DNA from: Octopus bimaculoides
Lineage: Eukaryota
Assembly (NCBI RefSeq): GCF_001194135.2
Contig: NC_068989.1
Span: forward strand, 23,505,432 to 23,551,194
Reading direction: 5' to 3'
Length of the DNA stretch: 45,763 nucleotides
Below, piece by piece: positions 34,876-45,763 of this stretch. A model generated the notes under the pieces. It was not told the DNA's origin, searched no databases, and saw only the letters and a list, made by a program, of their open reading frames with translations. The translations under genes were made by a program, and so were the position numbers. Positions within the stretch are counted from its first letter, which is position 1, and every line of letters begins with the position of its first letter.

Positions 34876-35100
34876 TCTTGTGAGTTATAGCATCAACGAT
34901 GTTACTGTAGCATGACCTGGACTCCACCAGGTGTTGAGGCTACATCGTGGGAGTTCAGGAGTTTTGGAGGAGAATAAAGTTACCACTTAGTGACCTTTAC
35001 TCCCAAATTTGCTTTGACTCGGAGAAGTAGTACCTGTGTAAAATAACCAAATAACTTCCTTTGGCTAAGGTATACAGGAACCTAGAGACTATCTTTCAGA

Positions 35101-35649
35101 AGTTACGGGGAAGCAGCGCTAAGCAGTGATGTGTATAAATACAAGGCTATTATCAATTCAAATATGTTTGAATATACCCCTATTGTTGTTGGCACTCCGT
35201 CGCTTACGACGTCGAGGGTTCCAGTTGATCCGATCAACGGAACAACCTGCTCGTGAAATTAACGTGGATGTGGCTGAGCATTCCACAAACACTTGTACCC
35301 TTAACGTAGTTCTCGGGGATATTCAGCGTGACACAATGTGACAAGGCTGACCCTTTGAATTACAGGCACAACAGAAAAAGGAAGTAAGAGTGAGAGACAG
35401 TTGTGGTGAAAGAGTACAGCAGGGTTCGCCCCCCCCCCTGCCGGAGCCTTGTGGAGCTTTAGGTGTTTTCGCTCAATAAACACTCACAACGCCCGGTCTG
35501 AGAATCGAAACCTCGATCCTATGACCGCGAGTCCGCTGCCCTAACCACTGGGCCATTGCACCTCCACTGAATATACCCCAAGCATATTTCAATCGGTGAT
35601 AGCCTCGTATTTATACACACCACTGCTTAGCGCTGCCATCCCATAATTT
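35101..35649. mobile_element. Palindromic non-autonomous element (arms ~35108-35169 / 35580-35642) split by a SINE
   Basis: gcagcgctaagcagtg.tgtgtataaatac.aggctat..aaatatg.tt is the reverse complement of aagcatattt..atagcct.gtatttatacaca.cactgcttagcgctgc. Confidence 0.8.
35181..35567 (-). mobile_element. tRNA-derived SINE, family C, full length, 12 bp TSD tgaatatacccc
   Basis: TSD at 35169-35180 and 35568-35579; (CAA)-type tail at 35181-35190; head tggcccagtggttagggcagcggactcgcgg has a TCG (Arg-like) anticodon position. Confidence 0.94.
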
Positions 35650-35993
35650 GTTTACAGTGAGCCGCCGATTAGCTCTACGATGGTGGGGAATATCATAAAA
35701 GAGACAGTCTCTTTTATCAGCTCACAGCGCAACCTGTCCAGTTTTTCAGACTTAAAGGGGGATAACCACTCTGAAATGTTTGCATCTCACAGTCTGGGTA
35801 GGTGATGCTGCGAGCTGGTTTTAGATGTATTTACACCATTTGTCTACAGTGAGAATTTTTCTCCATGACAAAACACAGTGAATAACTTTTTTATGGGTTC
35901 GAATATGCCTCAAGCATATTTGAACTGATAATAACCATGTATCTTTGTGAAGAACTGACCTCTTGACATTCGCCACAAAGGCCCAATAGTCTG

Positions 35994-35995
<2 letters not shown>

Positions 35996-36033
<38 letters not shown>

Positions 36034-36258
36034 AAGGAGGAAAGACAGAGAGAGAAAAAGAGAGAAGGGAGGGGAGACAAGGATAGAGAGAAAGGGAGAG
36101 GAATAAGGAGAGAGGAGAGAAAGAAAGAGAGGGAGGGGAGAAAGAGAGAGAGAGAAAGAAAGAAAGGGAGAGGGAGAAAAAGAGAGAAAGGGGAGACGGG
36201 GAAGGAAGAGGGACAAAGAGAGAAAAAGAGAAAGAAAGAGAGAGAGAGAGAGAGAGAG
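35996..36258. repeat. (GA)n / polypurine tract
   Basis: Direct reading. Confidence 0.95.
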
Positions 36259-37475
36259 TTACTACAACAAATGGCAATAGATTTGAGGTAAAATTTAAAA
36301 GAATAAGAGAAAAGTATCTGGAGTGAGTCGGAGTAATAAGGACATCCAGGAACCTATGAAAATATGTCGTTCTTCGGAACAACACAAAAACTCTCTGCTG
36401 AAAAGACAAAGAGAAATTGAAATTGAGATGTTCGCAACTGAAATGAGCAGGGTGTAACAAAAAAGGCCCTCTCAGGTTCACTATTTTTGATAAGCGTTTT
36501 GACTGTAAATGCATGATGTGCCCCAGCTCGAATTATGATTCNNNNNNNNNNNNNNNNNNNNNNNNNNNNNNNNNNNNNNNNNNNNNNNNNNNNNNNNNNN
36601 NNNNNNNNNNNNNNNNNNNNNNNNNNNNNNNNNNNNNNNNNNNNNNNNNNNNNNNNNNNNNNNNNNNNNNNNNNNNNNNNNNNNNNNNNNNNNNNNNNNN
36701 NNNNNNNNNNNNNNNNNNNNNNNNNNNNNNNNNNNNNNNNNNNNNNNNNNNNNNNNNNNNNNNNNNNNNNNNNNNNNNNNNNNNNNNNNNNNNNNNNNNN
36801 NNNNNNNNNNNNNNNNNNNNNNNNNNNNNNNNNNNNNNNNNNNNNNNNNNNNNNNNNNNNNNNNNNNNNNNNNNNNNNNNNNNNNNNNNNNNNNNNNNNN
36901 ATATATATAATTATATTTAAAAGAAACTATAGCGGGCGCTTAGAAGTGCTCAAGATATTTGAACTTGAAGCGTTTGATGGATATAGAAATGAAAATCAAA
37001 TTAGGCTAATCAATTCACATATAAAAATACATATATTCAACCACTGACCCAATATGCATAATTTTTTTAAAATATATTTAATACATCCAACATATTAAAA
37101 ATATATAGATATATAAATATAATAAAAAATATATAGATTTATCAATACATTAAAAATATGTAAATACATAAATATATAAATGCATTAAGAATATATTGAA
37201 AATATAAATGCATATATAGATCGACTTACAGAATAAAAACGATATCATAGAACTAGATAAAAAAGTTAAGAGTCCAGAAAAAATAGAACATAAAATGTTT
37301 GAGTAGTAATAATCCTACGGCCGTTTCAAATCAATCAAGTGGACCCATAGAATAAACCACCTTTAAATCGTACTCGTTTACACCATAGGCCATCCAGAAC
37401 TTATAGTAATTATAAATCTCCTCTTCCTGACCAGTCCAATGTAGTCACATATTCTAAGACTAGAAAAAATGAGAA

Positions 37476-38010
37476 ATCCTATGGTATGCACCACCTTTCT
37501 CTCTCCAAGTTAAATCTTTATCTAAATTATTTTTTAAAATTCTGAAATCCAATTTTCCGCAACGTCATAAATACTATTCTATTTTTAACAAATCATCAGT
37601 GAAATTATCTTACTCCACCACTATAAACTTAGGATCCATGATAGCCTCTCTTAATAGACGTAAACTCCAACTTCAGACTGCTACATACTTAAATTCTTAT
37701 ACAGTACCCCATATTAGTCCAGTCAGTAACAACAACACAACCAATAATAACAGTGGAATAAGAAGGAAAACTGTAATTGTCGCTTGCGGGTTTTTGTCTG
37801 CGCAAAAAACGTGATTGGCAGTACTATAGATTTTAAGCATCGCTATAGAGCTCGCTTAAATTCCTTCACTAAGAAAAATCCAAATTTTCGACCTCATTAG
37901 CATACATACATAATCTTAAGTTACAAAATATACAATATACACTAACTCATAAATTTCCTGATGCTACTCTTGTAAGTATCGATTTTACTCAACTTTTATG
38001 CATTTTGATG
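37476..38010 (+). pseudogene. Penelope-like ORF C-terminus (RT thumb/linker plus GIY-YIG endonuclease remnant)
   Basis: ILWYAPPFSLQVKS..FFKILKSNFPQRHKYYSIFNKSSVKLSYSTTINLGSMI; NCNCR..C.KNVI; GSTIDFKHRYRARLNSF; STSLAYIHNLKLQNIQYTL; the GIY segment itself appears deleted. Confidence 0.8.
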
Positions 38011-38263
38011 ATTCTGGATAGAGTTGAGAACTAGCTTCCACACCTATTGAAATAATTCCAAATACTTAAACCATACTCGCTACCCCTTACCTTCTACCTA
38101 TAGCACCATAAGTAACTTTATTTTACCACGCATTGTATTTCCTCTTCCCACTACTCTTTCTAAAACACTTCTACTTCATGTTATGCATATAACTCTCTAT
38201 AAGATCACTCAGTAGTTAACTTCCATTATGAAAACGTTGTAAATTTCCCTAGTACTTTATTTT

Positions 38264-38350
38264 TCCCTGATGAAGGAAGCGGTGTCTAATAATGGATAGA
38301 AATATCCTTTATTTAACTGGACAACTGGACCCCAGGAAACGGCCGTCGGA
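38264..38350 (+). ncRNA. Candidate Penelope-type hammerhead ribozyme, degenerate stem II
   Basis: tcc-CTGATGA(A) .. GAAAC-ggcc-GTC-gga; 3 bp stem I, palindromic ACGGCCGT stem III; the base before GAAA is G and stem II is ill-defined. Confidence 0.45.
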
Positions 38351-38479
38351 TTATTGACACTCAAACTTTTTCTAGACTCTTAACTTTCTGTCTAGTTCTA
38401 CGGTATCGTTTTTATTGGATCTTGGGTTGAATATATGTATTATTATATGTGAATTGATTTGCCTAAATTGATTCTCATG

Positions 38480-38544
<65 letters not shown>

Positions 38545-39241
38545 ATATATATATAATTAAAAAATATGGCAAAAAATCATATATTAATTAATATCGATTA
38601 ATTACCNNNNNNNNNNNNNNNNNNNNNNNNNNNNNNNNNNNNNNNNNNNNNNNNNNNNNNNNNNNNNNNNNNNNNNNNNNNNNNNNNNNNNNNNNNNNNN
38701 NNNNNNNNNNNNNNNNNNNNNNNNNNNNNNNNNNNNNNNNNNNNNNNNNNNNNNNNNNNNNNNNNNNNNNNNNNNNNNNNNNNNNNNNNNNNNNNNNNNN
38801 NNNNNNNNNNNNNNNNNNNNNNNNNNNNNNNNNNNNNNNNNNNNNNNNNNNNNNNNNNNNNNNNNNNNNNNNNNNNNNNNNNNNNNNNNNNNNNNNNNNN
38901 NNNNNNNNNNNNNNNNNNNNNNNNNNNNNNNNNNNNNNNNNNNNNNNNNNNNNNNNNNNNNNNNNNNNNNNNNNNNNNNNNNNNNNNNNNNNNNNNNNNN
39001 NNNNNNNNNNNNNNNNNNNNNNNNNNNNNNNNNNNNNNNNNNNNNNNNNNNNNNNNNNNNNNNNNNNNNNNNNNNNNNNNNNNNNNNNNNNNNNNNNNNN
39101 NNNNNNNNNNNNNNNNNNNNNNNNNNNNNNNNNNNNNNNNNNNNNNNNNNNNNNNNNNNNNNNNNNNNNNNNNNNNNNNNNNNNNNNNNNNNNNNNNNNN
39201 NNNNNNNNNNNNNNNNNNNNNNNNNNNNNNNNNNNNNNNNN

Positions 39242-39525
39242 ATTTTCTGTATGTTATGTATATTTGTAAGTCCTGGTGTTTTTGTTATGTATTTGTCTGA
39301 ACATTTTTTTTATTATACCTAAGGCACCTAGGAATTGTTTCTGTTTTTAGATTCCACATTCGAGTTACCTCTATTTCCAGGTCTTTGTATTTTGAAAGTT
39401 TTTCCATTTCTTTTAGAGAAACGTTGTCATCTGCTGGTATTGATACATCAATTAGAAAGCATTTTTTTCTTCATGATCTTTGACAACTATATCTGGTCTA
39501 TTTCCCTTAATTTCTCTATTATTAT
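39242..39525 (-). mobile_element. R4/Dong-type LINE RLE fragment (second tandem copy)
   Basis: EIKGNRPDIVVKDHEEKKCFLIDVSIPADDNVSLKEMEKLSKYKDLEIE. Confidence 0.9.
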
Positions 39526-39540
39526 TATTGTTCAGTAGTT

Positions 39541-39902
39541 TTTTTTTATAACGTGCTTTCACTTTACTACCGGGCGCAGCTCTGTGCGCCTTGGGTATGT
39601 GCTGTGGTTTGCTGTGGTGCTCTTATGTTTACTGTATTGAAAGTGTTTTGCGTAGAATGTGTGCAGTACCCAGTAGTGCAATTTTCTGTATGTTATATAT
39701 ATATTTGTAAGTCCTGGTGTTTTTGTTATGTATTTGTCTGAATATTTTTTTATTATACCTAAGGCACCTAGTATGATAGGAATTGTTTCTGTTTTTAGAC
39801 TCCACATTCGAGTTATCTCTATTTCCAGGTCTTTGTATTTTGAAAGTTTTTCCATTTCTTTTAGAGAAACGTTGTCATCTGCTGGTATTGATACATCAAT
39901 TA
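39541..39902 (-). mobile_element. R4/Dong-type LINE 3' end with poly(A)
   Basis: IDVSIPADDNVSLKEMEKLSKYKDLEIEITRMWSLKTETIPIILGALGIIKK; LLGTAHIL after a frameshift; T-run at 39539-39547. Confidence 0.92.
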
Positions 39903-40151
39903 NNNNNNNNNNNNNNNNNNNNNNNNNNNNNNNNNNNNNNNNNNNNNNNNNNNNNNNNNNNNNNNNNNNNNNNNNNNNNNNNNNNNNNNNNNNNNNNNNN
40001 NNNNNNNNNNNNNNNNNNNNNNNNNNNNNNNNNNNNNNNNNNNNNNNNNNNNNNNNNNNNNNNNNNNNNNNNNNNNNNNNNNNNNNNNNNNNNNNNNNNN
40101 NNNNNNNNNNNNNNNNNNNNNNNNNNNNNNNNNNNNNNNNNNNNNNNNNNN

Positions 40152-40196
<45 letters not shown>

Positions 40197-41369
40197 TTCG
40201 AAACAGCAAGTACTGAGAACAGAAAGCGTTTGTCGATCACAGTGCTAATGCTATGTAAGGAATGTTTCCATGCAAAATGTTCTGGTATATTTCAGCAAGA
40301 CCAGCAATGGAACACGTCTTGGAATTAGTGAATATTTGCTAATCTTGGTCTGGAATATACTCTGCTGTGATAATGTCTATGTAAAGTAGAGAATATATTT
40401 GAACAGGAAGTAAAATATTAATATCAGATAATTGGTGAAAGTTAAACACATTGAAACAGACATACGTATGCATGTACGTTCATACCCGTCTAACATAAAT
40501 ACAAATGCATATACAAGCACACATATACATATATAAACACACTTACATATACATACAAATATACATACGTACATATTTACATATAGGCAGAGAGACAGAC
40601 ACATTGATAGATTGAAAAGTAGATACATTGGTACAGTGTCAAAATCAAGAGGCATATATATATATATATATATATANNNNNNNNNNNNNNNNNNNNNNNN
40701 NNNNNNNNNNNNNNNNNNNNNNNNNNNNNNNNNNNNNNNNNNNNNNNNNNNNNNNNNNNNNNNNNNNNNNNNNNNNNNNNNNNNNNNNNNNNNNNNNNNN
40801 NNNNNNNNNNNNNNNNNNNNNNNNNNNNNNNNNNNNNNNNNNNNNNNNNNNNNNNNNNNNNNNNNNNNNNNNNNNNNNNNNNNNNNNNNNNNNNNNNNNN
40901 NNNNNNNNNNNNNNNNNNNNNNNNNNNNNNNNNNNNNNNNNNNNNNNNNNNNNNNNNATATAATGCTATGCATGTACATATACGCATATATGTATTTGTG
41001 AAGAAAGAGATAAAGAGATACATAGTATGAGAGAGACAGAGAGCGCGAGAGAAGGAGAGAAAGAGAATGTGTGTGTGTTTGTCTGTGTGTGGGAGAGTGG
41101 GAGAGACAAAGGGAGAGAAAGAATGTGAGAGCAAAACCAAAATTTGCAATGAAAGAATATTTCAAGAATTTCTTTTCTTTTATGGAACTTTTCTAATTTT
41201 GGTTCATTTGCAAAACGTCGGCATCGCGCAATTAGGAATTATTATTATCAAAGTCTTACACACACACTTAATAGACGCATAGACCAGGCCACATTTATTA
41301 TACCACTGCACACACAAGCACCTAAACACTCTGAAATACACACACACACACACGTATATTTATATGGAT

Positions 41370-41630
41370 CCTCCGTCGAAATCGACAATGAGTATTCCAA
41401 GCGTTCGATCAACTGAATTTACCGATGCACAGAATTATTGTGTAAGTGGATGAGTGTACGATAACCGCTTAGACTCTGTATTTAATCTTCAATGTAGAAT
41501 GAGCGTAATATAAGACGTGACTATGTTGAACCTTTGAATTAGATGAAAAGACGATCAAGACGGCCAAGATGTACCGCCGGAGGATTGAACTTGAGATCTC
41601 ATGACTCTTGTTCAAACTTTTTAACAATTT
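41370..41630 (-). mobile_element. Possible fourth, old tRNA-derived SINE
   Basis: Minus strand gagtcatgagatctcaagttcaatcctccggcgg contains a B-box-like gttcaatcc; single copy in this window. Confidence 0.3.
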
Positions 41631-42026
41631 GGAACGTGACTGAGTACACACACGTATACACCCACTTACACACATATACGCACACACAAATATGCACCTG
41701 CCCATCCATCCATCAATACATACATAAAAACATGCATACGCTCACGTACATACATACACACACGCATATACACATACGCACGACCACATATGCACACATC
41801 CCTCCCTTTCAATGATAATGATGACCTGAAATCACACTTGCTTTAGTTTTTGGCTTATAAGAACCAGAATTTCAAAGCGTGGAATCATGAATTTGCTAGA
41901 ATGATGGAAAAAGGGGCATCGAACAAGATGAAAAATATATAATTGATTAAAGTTCCTTCTTTGTATGAAAACAAAATTACTTTTATTTCAAACTAAAAAC
42001 CGAAATTATTTTCTTGCCAACCCAAT

Positions 42027-42430
42027 AGTTGCTTCCAACTACATCGTTCCATGGCAACTTGGGCACGTCTCTTCTATTATAGCCTCGAGTCGACCAGAGC
42101 TTTGTGCGTGGATTTGGTACACGGAAACTGAAAGAAGCCCGTCACATGTATGTATGTATGTTTGTATGTGTGTGTGTGTGTGCGCGCGCGCGCACACACA
42201 TGCGCGTCTTTCTGCCTGTGTTTGTCCTCATCACCACTTTACAACAGGTTTTGGTGTATTTACATCCCCGTAATTTAGCAGTTCGGCAAAAGAGTTTGAT
42301 AGAATAAGTATCGGGCTTAAAAGAAAATAAGTACTGAGGTGGATTCATTCAGCAAAAATTATTCAAGGCGGCGCTCCAGTATGGCCGCAGTCTATTGACT
42401 GAAACAAGTAAAAGATAAAAATAAAAGATA
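42027..42430 (+). mobile_element. SINE family B, near full length (B-box region deleted)
   Basis: ggcaacttgggcacgtctcttctattatagcctcgagtcgacc, gaaagaagcccgtc, internal (TATG)(TG)(CG)(CA) slot, tail ggcggcgctccagtatggccgcagtc..gactgaaacaagtaaaaga. Confidence 0.9.
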
Positions 42431-42434
42431 TAAC

Positions 42435-42484
<50 letters not shown>

Positions 42485-43026
42485 ATATATGCACACACAC
42501 ATCCATACACTCATGTACAGCTACTTGCTCTACAGTCGCTGGCGTAGAATTATGGTCTTTGAGCTTTGATTCAAGAATATTCAAATACATTCATGCATAC
42601 ATACATACATACATACATATCTACATACATACATACACACATGCATACATAATGCATGCACACGCGTGAGCTGACACATACTTATGTTCTAGACCCACTC
42701 CTATGTTTACTTTACTATTTTGTGCTGTTTTACATTTTATTCCATAATATATTTTATAATAGTGCTTCACATTTTTTTATAGCTTGTGTTAATTAAAGAA
42801 ATCATCATCATCATCCTGATCATCATCATCATCCTGATCATCATCATCATTATCTTCACCCTTTTCATCATCATCGCCACTAATCGTCTTATAGCCCGTA
42901 ATATCATTAGCACTAGAAATAAAATTTACTCATAGGAAAAAAAAAAACTATGGAAAATTTGAATCTTAAATTCCAGTAACAACACCAGCAACAATAGCAA
43001 TAATAATAACAATAATAATAACAATG

Positions 43027-43068
<42 letters not shown>

Positions 43069-43069
43069 G

Positions 43070-43743
43070 TTTTAATGTGTGGCATCAAAAATGAAGCAGC
43101 ATCAAATATGAGGAGTGAGTATAACAAATTAGCGCAAAAGGAATACAAAAGAAGGAATGATAACGTAACTAGGTATGTTCATTGGAAATTGTGTAAGAAG
43201 TACAGTCTTGAAAGGACATTGAAATGGTACTTGGTGACGCCTTCTGGCAAATGCCAGAAGGCGTCACCAAGTATAATGAACTTAAGATCTTGTGGGATTT
43301 TACAATCCAGCGTGATTTAGCGATTGATTTAGCGATTGCTCGGAGATTAGACATTGTTGTAGTTAATAAAATGAGGAAGAAACGCTAGATCATTCATATT
43401 ACTATAGCTGGGGATGTACGAGTAGATAATAAAGAAGTGTAAAAGATTTAGAAGTATAAGATGAAATTGCATGAATGTAGGCAATTAAGAAAGTAACTGT
43501 CATCCCAGTGGTTGTAGAGGAATTGGGAGTATTAACAACGCGGTTTGGTAAATTCGTTGGAGAAAATATGGTAGAACTTGCTTAGGAAACTGCTTTATTG
43601 GGAACAGCAAGGAATTTGAGACTGGTTCTTGGATGTTAAGTATGGTGTTTGAAGACCCTGACATATCCTTGGCAGTATGTTGCGGTCCGCTCTTATAGAA
43701 TTAGCCGGAGCAAGTGAAATCGGGAGCCTCGAGAAATGAACAT
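43070..43743 (+). pseudogene. R4/Dong-type LINE C-terminal fragment between (TAA)n/(CAA)n arrays
   Basis: MCGIKNE..SEYNKLAQKEYKRRNDNVTRYVHWKLC; ELKILWDFTIQ; ARRLDIVVVNK; VIPVVV..LG; ETALLGTAR.LR.VL. Confidence 0.88.
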
Positions 43744-43791
43744 TACAACAACAACAACAACAACACTACTACTAACACCACTACCACCTCC

Positions 43792-43831
<40 letters not shown>

Positions 43832-43959
43832 CAAGTGGAGAAATAAGAGCAAGAACGTTGATGATAATAATCTTAATCATAATAATAATAATAATATCCA
43901 TATTAATGTTAATAATAATATTCATATCATTGTTATTATGGGTTCAAATTTACAGAAAA

Positions 43960-44250
43960 CGAAAGACGAAAACAAGTGAAGGAACAAGCAGGTGTATTAG
44001 TTTGCCATTCGGGAAGAATGGAAAAGTTTTTGACATTTCGAGCCTACACTCTTCAGCAGAAAGAGATGAAAGGAAAGAAGAAAAAGAAAAAGGAGAGAAT
44101 GAAAAACAAAAAAAACAACAACAAAAAAACAGAGTGAGGAAAAGTGTGTAGGGATTACCGGTTCAACATGATGAAATGACCGGAAGAAAGAGGCTGAGTG
44201 AAAGAGGTATAATAACAGTGACCCGGCTGAACTAGAGTGCGCAAGTGCGT
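43960..44250 (-). mobile_element. Penelope-like pLTR fragment with hammerhead-like motif
   Basis: Minus strand CTGAAGAgtgtaggctcGAAAtgtc at ~44031-44055; homologous to 28125-28240. Confidence 0.5.
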
Positions 44251-44666
44251 GCATGTATGAAAGACTGGTGTGTGTGCGAATGGGGTGAGCGCGTGTGTGG
44301 GTGTGCTTAAAAGTATGAGGCTGTGTGTACGTATGAGACCATGTGTGTGTATGGGAGCGTGTGTATAAGTAACTGAGTGTGTGCATTGTGTGGAGTGATG
44401 GGTGTTTCGTGTATTTATGTGTGTGCGCGGATGGACGTGTATATATGTGCGTGAAGCTGTGTATGGTATGTGTGTGAGGCTATCATGTGTGTGTGTGGAC
44501 GTATGTGCAAACGCTTGTGTGTAGCAGTTAATATGTGCTTGTTCGAGTGGTGTGTGCACATGTGTGTGTGTTTGTGTGTATGTAAGACCCTATAGGGTGC
44601 GTGTATATTTTATATGTTTATGTGCAAAAGTTGTATGTGTTTATGCGTGTTGTTATTGTTATTTCA

Positions 44667-44753
44667 GGAAATTGAACTCAGAACGTAAAGACGGACGAAA
44701 TACTGCTGAGCATTTTGCCCGGCGTGCTCATTATTCTGCTAGCTTGCAGCCTT
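44667..44753 (-). mobile_element. SINE family A, 5' half
   Basis: gaactcagaacgtaaagacggacgaaatac.gct.agcattttgcccggcgtgct. Confidence 0.85.
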
Positions 44754-44783
44754 AATACAATAATAATAATAATAATAATAATA

Positions 44784-44998
44784 ATCCTTTCTACTAAAGG
44801 CACAAGGCCTGTAATTTTTCGGGAGTGGGGTAGTCGATTACATCGATCCCTGTGTTTCACTGATACTTATTTTATCCACCCCGAAAGGATGAAAGGCAAA
44901 GTTGACCTCAGCGGAATTTGAACTCAGAACAAAGCGACGGGCGAAATACCGCGAAGTATTTCGTCCAGCGTGCTAACGATTCTGCCAGCTTGCAGCTT
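44784..44998 (-). mobile_element. SINE family A, full length, with (TAA)n tail
   Basis: ctaacgattctgccagct head, ggaatttgaactcagaac B-box, ccccgaaaggatgaaaggcaaagttgacc, gtcgattacatcga, tail beside (TAA)n at 44758-44785. Confidence 0.9.
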
Positions 44999-45094
44999 TA
45001 ATAATAATAATAAAAATAATAACAATAACGCTGATAAAAATAATAATAACAATAACAATAGTAATGATAATTATGATGATGATGACGATGATGT

Positions 45095-45147
<53 letters not shown>

Positions 45148-45152
45148 TAATA
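44999..45152. repeat. (TAA)n/(GAT)n microsatellite
   Basis: Direct reading. Confidence 0.95.
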
Positions 45153-45763
45153 ATCGGTTATCTTGTTTAGTAATTCTCTGACGTCATTACTTAGTAATCT
45201 TAGAGTTGGCAGCAATGAGAGAAAGTATAAATTGTGTGATTGTGCAATTCTATTATCAATTGTTCACAGCTGTTAAGTTTCGGAGTTGATATTAATATAT
45301 AGATGCGAAAAGTGAGTTTCTACTGAGGTATATAATATCTGCTATGTTTGTTTTCATTGTTCTAATCCGGATATTTGCAATGAAGCTTATAAAGAATATG
45401 TTAAAATCCTTACTATAGGTTCTAAGACAAGATGCTTTTAACACCAGAACATTGTTAATAATATTAATAATAATAATAATAATATGAATGCCAGCTCATA
45501 AAACCATTTGTTCACACAGAATTATGAAGCAGAATAGGGCGCTTTTTTTGTTGTTGTCAAGTTTTCTTCCTAAGAATAGTTACTTGTTTTAAAACAGCTT
45601 AACATGTCAACTGAATGATTGTGTACACTAAGAATTCGATCTACTTAAAGCAAATTAACAGATTAGACAAAAAGCCACAGGAAATCATGCCGAAATCATT
45701 TCCTTTGGAGTCAACAATATTTCGGCTTTAAAATATGTTCACTCCTCCTCCTCCTCCTCCTCC

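Larger units (their letters stand above)
37231..38416 (+). mobile_element. Penelope-like retroelement remnant with inverted terminal pLTR segments
   Basis: 37231-37326 is the reverse complement of 38336-38416 (gaaacggccgt.ggattatt..actcaaac..gactcttaactt..tctagttcta.g.tatcgtttttatt); coding remnant lies between. Confidence 0.82.

Noticed and set aside
33360-35567. Family C copies as tRNA genes or a CRISPR-like repeat pair
   Set aside because: The tRNA-like heads continue into ~300 bp bodies with tails and TSDs, so they are SINEs; there is no repeat-spacer array or cas gene

Overview
AT-rich eukaryotic non-genic DNA, probably from an octopus genome. That assignment is inferred from SINE families I recognise as octopod-type, the microsatellite density and the scaffold gaps; it is not proven. 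About a dozen N-gaps cover several kb. I found no convincing host protein-coding exon, rRNA, true tRNA or CRISPR array. Most ORF-track entries are microsatellite translations or run through N-gaps. The window is a graveyard of mobile elements, many invisible in the ORF track. DNA transposons: a near-complete but dead Tc1-like element with DD36E spacing (7143-8256), a ~2.2 kb Helitron RepHel fossil (minus, ~10860-13100), a Chapaev3/CMC-type transposase fossil (minus, ~20710-21390) and a mariner-like MITE. Retroelements: RTE, Tx1/L1, probable CR1/L2 and many R4/Dong-type (RLE) LINE fragments, Penelope-like remnants with hammerhead-ribozyme-like motifs, and at least three tRNA-derived SINE families. 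The most interesting signals are (i) an RLE LINE family whose junctions repeatedly abut (CATA)n, (ii) a ~400 bp foldback with a hammerhead-like core in both arms, (iii) perfect hairpins inside TE fossils that look like template-switch products, (iv) a SINE with a 12 bp TSD inserted exactly into the loop of a palindromic element, and (v) the DD36E transposon. I cannot support a wholly new multi-gene system from this sequence.
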